A DNA stretch of 42,773 bases from Elsinoe ampelina (Eukaryota): NCBI GenBank assembly GCA_010093995.1, contig ML992513.1, forward strand, positions 186,001 through 228,773, in the 5' to 3' direction. Below the pieces are notes generated by a model that saw only the letters and a list, made by a program, of their open reading frames with translations, had not been told where the DNA came from and ran no database searches. The position numbers and the translations under genes are program-made. Positions 33,405 through 42,773 of this stretch are shown here, in pieces. Numbering within the stretch: the first letter of the stretch is position 1; every line of letters begins with the position of its first letter.

Positions 33405-36051
33405 CCCTTGGTTCCGGAAAGCGGTGAGATACAGCCGGAGATACGCCGACCTGCCAGAATTGGTGAAAGATGTATATCTTAGCATACCTTACAGCTTTTA
33501 GTAAGAATTGACTTAACTAAATTATTGTCGCTAGTATAGAGGTAAATAAGGCTAAGGCTTAGAGTTAGTGTTTTTAGCTTATAATTAAGACCTTAGAAAG
33601 CGCTAAATAACCTATTATATAGTGCAAAATTGCTTCCTTATGTCCTTTAGTTATATAGCACTATATACTAAGTGCTCTAGCTATCTCTAATCTCTTAAGG
33701 CGCTAGATTTATAACAATTTACTAAAATTAAGTATTATAAAGAGTATTAGTAATAGCTTAGTACTCCTTCTCCTCCTTCTTCTTCTTCTTCTCCTTTACC
33801 TCTAGTAGCAACTCTAGTAGCATCTCTAGTAGTAGCTTATTAATCTACGTAGTAGTATTAGCCTTATCTATCTTAAGGCTATTATACTCTAGTATTAATA
33901 GTCCCTTACTCTTACTCTTTAATCTATTATAGCGCTCTTATAACTCGGAGTAACTCTTCTTAGTAGTATTATAGTCTAGCTTAGATTACTTATAATTCTT
34001 TTTAAGTTATAAAAGGTAGAGGCGCTTTAGATACTTAGCTAAGAGGCGCTTAGTAGACTTCTTTAAGGCTTAAATCTACTTACTAAGGTCGACCCTATAC
34101 TTATAAGTAGTATTCTTAATGTAGTAAGTCTCCTCTATCTCCTTATTAGTATCTCTCTACTCTATTACCCTTTTAATACTAATTAAAGTACTACTAGATA
34201 GATAACTAGTACTATTATACTAATGCTTATTCTTCTTCTTAGTACGCTTATTAATACTAAGTAACTTTCTCTTTAAGAGCTTTACCTTCTTCTTAGTAAT
34301 ATTTACCTTCTTCTCTATTACTTTTATAGCTTTAAAAAGAGATTAAGAAGCTTATTAATAGCTAGCTAAACTATACTTAGTACGCTACTAATTATTAAGA
34401 AGTTACTTAAGCCTCTAGTTAAACTACTTAGCCGATTTAATTAGTATACTATTACTTAATAAGGAGTTAGAGCGCCTTAAAGGAGTAGCTAGAAGAGAGA
34501 TAGAAGCTATAGAGAAGAAGGTTAAAATCTCTACAAAATTTAATTATAAATTTAACTATAAATTTAGAGTTAAATTTTGTAAGGATTAAGTACTCGATTA
34601 AGAGGCTAAATTCGCCTCTAAATCTAGAGGTTAAAAGGTAAATTAAGAGGTTAATTAAGAGGTTAATTAAAAGAGTAAATAGCGCTAAATTCGATAGAGG
34701 ACTAGTACTAGATTATTTAGCTATATACTAGTAACTTTAAAGGCTCTTATCTAGCTATTACTACTAAAGACTACATTATAGTAATTAATATAAGCCTCGA
34801 TAAAGTAGTACTTACTAATCTATTAAACTCTCTTATATATAATCTAGCGAACTTTACCTCGATATTTACGCTTTAAACTAGTAAATATAGTAATGTTAAG
34901 AGGCTAGAGAAAGTATAAGGTGTATACTAGAAGCTTTAATAGAGTAATATAGTACTTCTAAGCTAATTAGATAAACTCTAGTATAAGGTGTAAGTAATAA
35001 CTATTAAAGAGAAGTAAATACTAGTTTTAATTAAGATTCTTCTCTTTTACTTTTCTCTCTTACTTATTAAGAGGCTATATAAAGAGGATAAAGTAATTCC
35101 TTAAGTACTTAATAGTAATCTTATTATTTGTCTAGCTAGTTAGAGAGGTATTAATTATAGTATTAGTATATATTAAATTCTCTAGTAAATTAATTAAGTC
35201 GTTAAACTAGCTATCTTAAATAGTTTAACTCTTTAAGATAAATATTAGTAGTACTATATAGCTAATAACACTTAGAGTCTTAATAGCTATAGCCTACTTA
35301 TAGTTACTAGATTAACGTAAATAGAACTTGTGCTTATTGTTACTTATAATCTAGATCCACTTATAAAGCAATTAACTAAGTATATAGCTAATCTCGTCTA
35401 TATTATAAGTATTATAAGGCTTAATATTAAAGACTTTAAAGGTATATACTACTAACTTAAACTAAGCCTTTACCTTTTTAGTGTTACTAAGCTCTTCTAA
35501 TCTATTGCTATCTATAGCTAGACGACGCTAGAGATCGATCTCTAGATAGCGCTCTTTAAAGCAGATATGCTAGTACTTACTAATAGAGATAGAGAGTATA
35601 TATACTAGTTAGATAGTTAAGGATTTAAGTAAGTAACTAGTGTACTAATTAAGCTAGTAATTGTTTAGATTAAAGCTGTCAAAGGATAGAAAGTAAATAA
35701 ACTTAATTAGAGCGTTCTCTTATGCTAGTATAAGGCGCTACTAATAAGAATAGCTTATTATATATAACTTATATAATTCTCTTAAACAATAAGTAAGAGT
35801 TTATTTAGTAACGAGAGAAAAGCGCTATTTAAGCTCTTTTTTTAATATCTTGCCTTTCTAATAATGATATTTACGTATAGCCTCTTTAAGCTACTTTTTA
35901 CATTTAATTAAGATAGCTAGAACTATTAGAAAAGGTAGTTATTAGGTGTAATAAAGCTTAGAAGAAGATAGAAATCCGAGAACACTATTTTGGACTAGTC
36001 TCGGGGCAAAATCACGCTCTCCGATTGGCTGCAGATAGGGTTAACCCTAAA

Positions 36052-36093
36052 GTGGCCAGTTCTAGGGGATGGCCAGATCCCCGGGGCAGACGT
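36052..36093 (-). repeat. Right terminal inverted repeat (42 bp)
   Basis: gtggccagttctaggggatggccagatccccggggcagacgt, followed by TA. Confidence 0.98.
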
Positions 36094-36717
36094 TAGGCTT
36101 CGACGCGGTCTTCACAGCGGCCGGGCATGCGGGGAGCTCAATTCGGGATCCACAAAGCACGTGAAGAAGAACAGAACTGCGAAGCGACTGAAACGTCGAA
36201 TGGTCGGAGAAGACGTGTTGAAGAAGAAGGGAGTGCGATGGTGATAGAAGTCTCCCGGCAAATATTGAGAAACATGCTGTCACGAATGACATTTACCGCT
36301 CCAGTGACGGGACACACATAAGAAGCTGTGGTTGTTTCGCAGGGACTGATTTGCTCGACCTTTGACGAGGGTGACTTTTTTGGTGACCCTTGTCCTCAAG
36401 CACATCTCCAGCCGGCCTTGACCCGCTGGCATCTACCTCAACCGTTCATCCTTAACCACTGTCTCCCTCACTTGTACCACCATCTGCTTCTTGTTCCTCT
36501 GTTGAAGCTCCTTTGTCTCACCTTTCTTTTTTGCCCGTCTCCGCCAATTTTCGAGACCGGCATCACCACCGAAGAGCTTACGTACACCCGCACGACCTGC
36601 CAGCAGAAGCTCGTCTGTCCGAAGATCTCAAAGTCCTATCACTTTTACAAGTGTCCATGGGCTCCGGCTGGTGTTAGCAACCCCTTCAATATCTCGGCCT
36701 TGGTGCCACTCCTCACA

Positions 36718-38679
36718 ATGGCGCGGTCTCCGTCGCCGGCCCGATCATGGCTCTCGATACCAAGAATCCTACAAGCATCTCTTCTGCTATTCGGAACATC
36801 ATGGGCACAATTCGGACAGCCTACAGGGGGTAAGAGTGCTGCAGATTACTATGTCAAGCATCTCCCTGGTGCGCCGTCGCCTCTCTTGAAGATGCACGCT
36901 GGGTATACTTGCCTCGGATGTTGAAGGAGAGACGAAGCTGACGTGGTACAGACACATTGAGATCACCCCCGAGCATCACGGCAACCTTTGGTTTTGGCAT
37001 TTCGAGAACAGACACATTGCGGAAAGACGACGGACGGTGCTCTGGCTGAATGGAGGACCTGGTTGCTCCTCGCTCGACGGAGCTCTGATGGAGGTGGGAC
37101 CATACCGTGTAGTCGGCGACAGGTTGGAGCACAAGGACGGCTCGTGGGACGAGTTCGCGAACTTGCTCTTCGTGGATCAGCCAGTGGGAACTGGCTTCAG
37201 CTATGTTGATACCGATAGCTACTTGCACGAGTTGGACGAGGTTGCGGCACAGATGGTCTCGTTCTTAGAGAAGTGGTTTGCTCTGTTTCCGGAGTACGCG
37301 GACGATGATGTGAGTAGTAGAAGCGCTATGGAACGACTTCGAGGCACTGACAATGGCAGCTTTACATTGCTGGAGAATCGTTCGCAGGGCAGTACATCCC
37401 ACACATCGCCAAAGCCATTGTCGACCGTAATGGAAAAGCCATGCAGAAGTGGAATCTCTCTGGACTACTGATTGGAAATGGCTGGATATCTTCGCGCGAC
37501 CAGTATCTTTCCTACCTGCCATACGCCTACAAAGAGAAACTGGTCACTGAAGGGTCGGAGTGGGGTAAGAAACTCGAGATTCAGCAGGACGCATGCAAAG
37601 GTCACCTTGACCAGGGCGGAAACGACAAAGTTCATATCCAGACCTGCGAGCTCATTCTCAATGAGATCTTGCGCGCAACCCACGAGGATCCCAAGCTCGA
37701 TGGACAATGCATCAACATGTACGACATCCGCAAGACCGACAGCTACGAATCGTGTGGCATGAACTGGCCACCTGATCTCAAAGGCCTGACTCCTTATCTC
37801 CGTCGCAAGGATGTCCTCGCAGCATTACACGTTGACTCGGACAAGAAGACTGGATGGCAAGAATGCAACGATCAAGTCGGTGTGTCCTTCACTGCCGCGA
37901 ACTCAAAATCGGCCATTACCTTACTCCCCGACCTCCTCTCCAAGGTTCCCATCGTCCTCTTCTCTGGTGATCGCGACCTGATCTGCAATCATTTGGGCAC
38001 TGAGACACTCATCAACAATCTTGAATTCAATGACGGCAAGGGCTTCGAGGTCAGCCCAGGTACCACAGCACCAAGACTCGACTGGATGTATGGAGGTGAA
38101 GAGGCGGGATACTGGCAAGAGGCACGCAACTTGACATACGTCTTGTTTTACAACAGCAGTCATATGGTACCTTTCGACTACCTGCCGCGATCGAGATTCA
38201 TGCTCGATCAATTCATGGGCGTCAATTCTACGTTGGCCAACTACCCAGCCGACACCTTCATCGACGGGAAGAAGCTGGTCGGAAGCGGCGAGATCGGCAA
38301 CATGACGGATGTGAACGAGCAGAAAGATAAAGTAGACCAAGCACGCTGGGCCGCATACTACAGATCGGGCGAGGTAGCATTGGTCGTTGTGCTCATCGCA
38401 GCAGGAGCATGGGGATGGTTCGTGGTCAGACAGCGACGCAAGAAGGGCTACGTCGGGCTGCTCACTGGGGAGGACGACGATGGACGACCAGCGAATGGCG
38501 GACTGCGCGCCAAGCCCAGACGGGATGTGGAAGCAGCAGACTTTGACGAAGCAGAGCTCGACGAGCTCACGGACGAAGGCCGCTTCCGCGATGACGAAAG
38601 AGAACGCTTCGACGTCGGCAGCGAAAGCGACAGTGAAGACGACGTGGGCAAAAAGGGACGAGCAAACGGGCATAAGTAG
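36718..38679 (+). CDS. KEX1: Pheromone-processing serine carboxypeptidase Kex1; exons 36718-36902, 36952-37309, 37360-38679
   Basis: Signal peptide, [29 protein letters not shown], spliced [17 protein letters not shown] and SSHMVPFD, then a TM helix and an acidic cytosolic tail. Confidence 0.95.
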
Positions 38680-38809
38680 TGAAAAGCACATTATATTCAT
38701 TAGCCATCTACAGCGTATCTCCCTCCCTTCTCACACTCTTCCCATCCCCTTTATCCCTCCCACTCCACCCCCCTCCTCCCTCTCTTTCTCCACATCTGCT
38801 CTCCCCCTC

Positions 38810-40060
38810 TCAATACTTCGGAAACGGCGGATCCGCCAAATCAATCCCCTTCAAATCCCACCTCACCCGACTAACCCCCCCCTGGCCCATCATCCACAAC
38901 TCGGTCAAATCCCCACCCACCCAGACGAAATTCTGCACCGTGTAATTCGTCTGCACCCGCGCGATATAACCCCCGTACTGATCCAAAACATCCAGCCCCC
39001 TGCCGGCGGCGGTGACGACGTACCCGTTGGCCGCGACTTTCAGCCCGTCCGGCGCCCCCTCCGTGGCGTAGAAAATCGGGCGACGGTTGACCAGGCTGCG
39101 TCCGTGGTCCGAGACGTCGAATTTGTACACCGTGCGGGGCCCGGTTTGGTTCCATGGCGATCCGGGGATGTCGAGAGCCGGGTCGATGACGCCGGTTATC
39201 CCGCCTGTGTCGGAGATGTAGATGTGTTTCCCGTCCGGGCTCAGGGCGATGCCGTTGGGTTGGACGAGGGTGTCGTCCACGACGGTGGTTTCGCCGGTGG
39301 AGGGGTTGAAGCGGTAGCTGGCGGTGCGGAGTTGGGGGGGCGTGTCGGTTATCCGGTTGAACCAACTGTATTGGGGATCGGTGAACCAGATGTTGCCGGC
39401 GCCGTCGACGATGAGGTCATCGACGCAGTTGAAGTAGAGGCCGTAGTAGTTGTTGAGGAGGACGGTGGTTTTGTTGGTTAAGGGGTCCAGGGTGCGGATG
39501 CCGATGCGTTGTTCCGTCCCGCCGATGGAGGCGTTGCTGCCGGAGGAGCCCCAGTAGATGAGTCCGTTGTAGAAGGTGCCGCCGTTGGGGGCGTAGACGG
39601 GGGGGTCGGAGAGGTATTCGCTGAGGGTCGGGGGGTCTTGGTTCAGGTCGATGACGAGTTGGGGGAGGAAGCCGGGGGGTGGAGCGAGGCGGCTGAAGTA
39701 GAGCTTGTTCTGGGCTGGGACGTATACAGGAGCTTCGTGGACGGCGTTGGTGAGGGGGAAGATGAAGTCATATTGAGGGTTGGGTCCGAGGAGCTCGAGG
39801 CCGCGTTTGCGGTCGAAGACACGGAAGTCGGTGTCGTTGAGGACGGCGAAGGAGGGATCATTGGGCACGTCTGTCTCGGCGAACGAGGTCAGCCTCTCGG
39901 TTGTGCTGTCGTTGCGGAAGAAGGTGTAAGGCATGACTGCTGCGTAGCGGTTGATACATGCTACGTTAGCAGGGCCACATTGTTCGACGAGTGGTCGTAC
40001 TGTGCCCTCTTGGGCTGCCACTAGGGACGCTAATAGCGGGAGAAGGAGTGTTCGTGCCAT
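38810..40060 (-). CDS. Secreted SMP-30/gluconolactonase-family beta-propeller enzyme (intronless)
   Basis: Signal peptide MARTLLLPLLASLVAA; motifs VHEAPVY, APNGG, FNCVDDL, IWFTDP, QPNGIALSPDG and PDGLKV. Confidence 0.9.
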   Translation of the reverse strand: MARTLLLPLLASLVAAQEGTVRPLVEQCGPANVACINRYAAVMPYTFFRNDSTTERLTSFAETDVPNDPSFAVLNDTDFRVFDRKRGLELLGPNPQYDFIFPLTNAVHEAPVYVPAQNKLYFSRLAPPPGFLPQLVIDLNQDPPTLSEYLSDPPVYAPNGGTFYNGLIYWGSSGSNASIGGTEQRIGIRTLDPLTNKTTVLLNNYYGLYFNCVDDLIVDGAGNIWFTDPQYSWFNRITDTPPQLRTASYRFNPSTGETTVVDDTLVQPNGIALSPDGKHIYISDTGGITGVIDPALDIPGSPWNQTGPRTVYKFDVSDHGRSLVNRRPIFYATEGAPDGLKVAANGYVVTAAGRGLDVLDQYGGYIARVQTNYTVQNFVWVGGDLTELWMMGQGGVSRVRWDLKGIDLADPPFPKY

Positions 40061-40437
40061 CTCGCTTGAATGTAGGACAGGATAAGGAGGGAGAGAAAGT
40101 TTCGAGAGCACATGGGAGACCTCATATAGTTTGTACCTACAGTTCCTCCCAGGTCCGCCCTACATCGGCATTTGACAGGAAGCCATGCTAGCTCGTGTCC
40201 GGGGAGGGCGGGATAATCAAGCCATTGCGGCCAAGAAGGGACAAGATCTTGCTTGCGCAGGAACGCGGAAGGGTGGAAATCGAGGTGGGCGGTGGATCTG
40301 AAGCTTTGCACATCAATGAAAAGAGTGATCGAGGAGAACAAGTGACGTCTTTACCAAAGCCATGACATGGGAATGTTGACTTGTGTGGGGGAGGAAACAG
40401 GATTGATTACTGCCTGATCCACCAAACTGAGGTGGAT

Positions 40438-40632
40438 TGTAACTATATAAATACTTAACCTGGTATACTAAAAGATAGCTAAATCAAAAGAACTCCTTAA
40501 TAGTAGCAGATTAAGACAATAATTATCCAATTTGATTATAGATTAGTAAAATAGTAAGATAGTGTTTAGTTTAACCTTAGGATAAACTAACTTAGGGTCT
40601 TCTTAGCGCTCTAGCTTATGCCTTAGTTGATA
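40438..40632 (-). repeat. Putative 3' LTR (about 195 bp) of the copia element
   Basis: On the minus strand the polypurine tract AAAGGGG (40635-40641) precedes TATCAACT (RIP of TGTCAACT). The repeat ends AGTTACA at 40438, where AT-rich sequence stops abruptly. Confidence 0.7.
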
Positions 40633-42773
40633 TACCCCTTTACTAAATAGCTATAACTCTATAATAGCTAGTTAGTAGACTACTAACTCGAGGGATAGCT
40701 ATTATAAGAAGGTCTTATACCTTCTAGGTAGTAATAATTTAGTAAATCTATTAGCTAGTATATCTACTAATAGTGTCTATATAACTAAGATAGGACTAGA
40801 TAGATCTCTAGCTTAATTAATCTCTTGTTTTAGCTAATAATAATAAATATTAATATAGTAAAGGTATATATTTAGTTTCTTAATTAGAGTAGTAATAAGA
40901 CTAATAGTTTACTAATTGTTATACTAAATACTAATATGTTTAAGGGGATAGATAGAGGCTATTAGCCTCCTCTACTATATAGCTTGCTTAGTAGTCTCTA
41001 TAAAAGTAAGTAATTTAGCTTCTATACTTAAGGTTATAACTATTAGTTACTTTATAGTCTTCTAGTTAATTAATCCTTAAAATATCTTAAAGAGATAACC
41101 TTAAAGGCTCTTCCTTATTAGGTAGCTACTAAAGCTAGTATCTAATAAAGCTTAAAAGATTAGTAGTAGTATTAAGCTATTAAAGGTAAGAGCTAAATTC
41201 TTAGTTTTATAGAGATATTAGATTACTCTATTTACTATTCTCTAGTAAGTTAGTAATAGATTTATTAGATACTCTAACAATCTAGAAGTAGCAAAGGCTA
41301 TATTAGGCCTTATAATAACTACTATAAAGTTAATAGATTCTACCTTTTACTAATATAGGTAGATCTCTTATAGTAATACTTAGCCTTTATAAGGTTAAAG
41401 TATCTTAATTAGTAGTAGTATTAACACTAGCCTTATTAGTTCTATAATAAACTTACTATATATCTGTTATATATACTAGGCTTAGCTAAGCTAGAGTCTC
41501 TTTATTAGTCTATCTCTTATAACTTAGATAGCTAGAAACTAGCTTAGATCTCTAAGCACCTTTATCTTATATTTAGTATAGAGAGCTATAATAATAGTAT
41601 TAGCTTTCTCCTTATGCTTCTTAAGATATATAATAGTAATATTATTTACAAAGAAGAAGATTATTACTTTAGGTATTATTTAGAAGTATAGAGCCTTAGG
41701 GGCTTAAGTAAATCTAATACTCTTTAGAGTAGTAGTAAATTTAGTATACTAGAGAGCTAAGGCTTACTTTAGGCTATATAGTGCCTTATTAAGTAGTAGA
41801 ATTACATCTAATAGAGTAATACTAGAATAGTCCTTTATAAGATCCTCTACTACTAGCTTAAATCTAGTAGGGATAGTATAGTAGATAGTCTTATTAATAG
41901 GACTATTAATATAGGCATTAATAACATCTATTTAGATAGCCTTTATATCTTTATAAGTAAGTAATACTATAAGCATTCTAAAGATCTTAGCTACTAGAGT
42001 TACTATATAAGTCTTAGATTTTGTTAATTAGAGATTATCTCTTATATAGACTTTTACTTTATACTTTATAACTTCTCCTTTGTTATTAACTTTATAGGTA
42101 AATATCTATATTAAAGAGATAAGCTTACTAGTAGCTTAAGCTACTAGTATAATAGTCTATATATGTTTTAAGTATAAAGTAAGTAATTTAACCTTTATAG
42201 CCTTTTAAAATTGCTTCTTATAAGAATAAGCCTTAAGTTCTTTAGTATTAGCTAGTAGTAGTAGAAGATTATCTCTTAATTCTAGCTTAGGCTAAGTTAG
42301 TGTTATTAATAGATAAGTATTAAAGGCTTAGTAATATCTAGGAGCCTTATTAGTTTATATAAGAGTAGTAATATATACTTACCTTCTTAGTTTTCTTATT
42401 CTTCTTATTATAAAGATATATTTAAGAAGAAGATTAGCTAACCTTATAGTAATTCTTTAAGGAGGTTACTTAGGCTAAGCTTTAACTACCTCTTTAGTCT
42501 AAACTTCTATCTTATCTCCTTTAGCTTTATCTCCTCCTAGTAGTAGAGGAGATAGCTATACTACTATAGATAGTAGTAAGGCTAGAGCATTAAAGAACTA
42601 TTTATTTAGTAAAGATTCCTAGATCTAAGCTAGGTTTAGATCTAGAATAGCCTTATCTAATTAGTCTAATAGAGGTAGTAACTAATCTAGTGTAATAGAG
42701 TAACCCTTATCTAGCTACTAAGATAGGCTTAGCTCTTAATCTAGATTACTCTAACTTAGAGTCTAAGATAGTA
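40438..42773 (-). mobile_element. Ty1/copia LTR retrotransposon, 3' part (RT, RNase H, PPT, 3' LTR), RIP-inactivated; continues beyond the window
   Basis: De-RIPed minus-strand motifs: WIFTYK...KAKVCVRGD (about 42020-42110), QMDVTNAY (about 41910-41935), KALYGLKQA (41761-41787), FFFVDD (41641-41658), CDNQ, HIDIHHHWLKQE and ADGFTK (about 40740-40925). Confidence 0.92.

Larger units (their letters stand above)
33363..36093 (-). mobile_element. Fot1/pogo (Tc1-mariner superfamily) DNA transposon, 2731 bp, RIP-inactivated
   Basis: Perfect 42-bp TIRs begin with ACGT and are flanked by TA at 33361-33362 and 36094-36095. The interior is TpA-rich. Reversing RIP transitions on the minus strand recovers YNMDETG (about 35385-35407), GNREW, LLFDGH.SH and LPAHTSHFLQPLD (about 34895-34933). 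Confidence 0.95.

Noticed and set aside
33480..35990. AT-rich block considered as a centromere, NUMT or foreign DNA
   Set aside because: TpA excess with CpA/TpG depletion, recoverable transposase motifs and TIRs identify it as a RIP-mutated transposon.
36328..36717. Upstream in-frame extension of KEX1 exon 1
   Set aside because: GTG start and pyrimidine-rich 5' UTR-like sequence. The ATG at 36718 directly opens a signal peptide.
26800..38679. Possible functional cluster of Kex-processed CAP protein with KEX1
   Set aside because: They are separated by unrelated housekeeping genes and KEX1 is a general processing enzyme, so proximity is probably coincidental.
38387..39481. 364-aa ORF bridging the KEX1 end and antisense to the lactonase
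   Set aside because: Overlaps two well-supported genes in other frames, has a non-ATG start and shows no domain features.
1..42773. tRNA, rRNA, CRISPR arrays or secondary-metabolite backbone genes
   Set aside because: None recognised by eye: no cloverleaf with A/B boxes, no repeat-spacer array and no PKS/NRPS/terpene synthase motifs. Small ncRNAs could be missed without a covariance-model search.

Overview
Gene-dense segment of a filamentous ascomycete genome, inferred from short 44-61 nt GT-AG introns with CTRAY-type branch points and from RIP-mutated repeats. About 22 protein-coding genes are supported. Core genes: the 3' end of CHK1, ARO2, MED18, ALG10, NEM1, an AVT2-like transporter, a lipoate ligase, septin CDC10, MRPL32, SKI8 and KEX1. 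Others: a Mid2-like sensor, a hexose transporter, a small basic protein of unknown function, and secreted proteins (two small Pro-rich proteins, one apparently frameshifted; a CAP/PR-1 protein; an SMP-30/gluconolactonase). There is also a compact amidase + MFS transporter + Zn2Cys6 regulator cluster whose divergent promoter carries a perfect 18-bp CAGCTG-centred palindrome. Two transposons are heavily RIP-mutated: a Fot1/pogo element (33363-36093) with perfect 42-bp TIRs and a TA target duplication, and the 3' part of a Ty1/copia element (40438 to window end). The most striking unexplained structure is a strand-symmetric C-rich-then-G-rich 'dipole' recurring about every 3 kb regardless of gene orientation. 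All family assignments come from motif recognition by eye; no database search was run.
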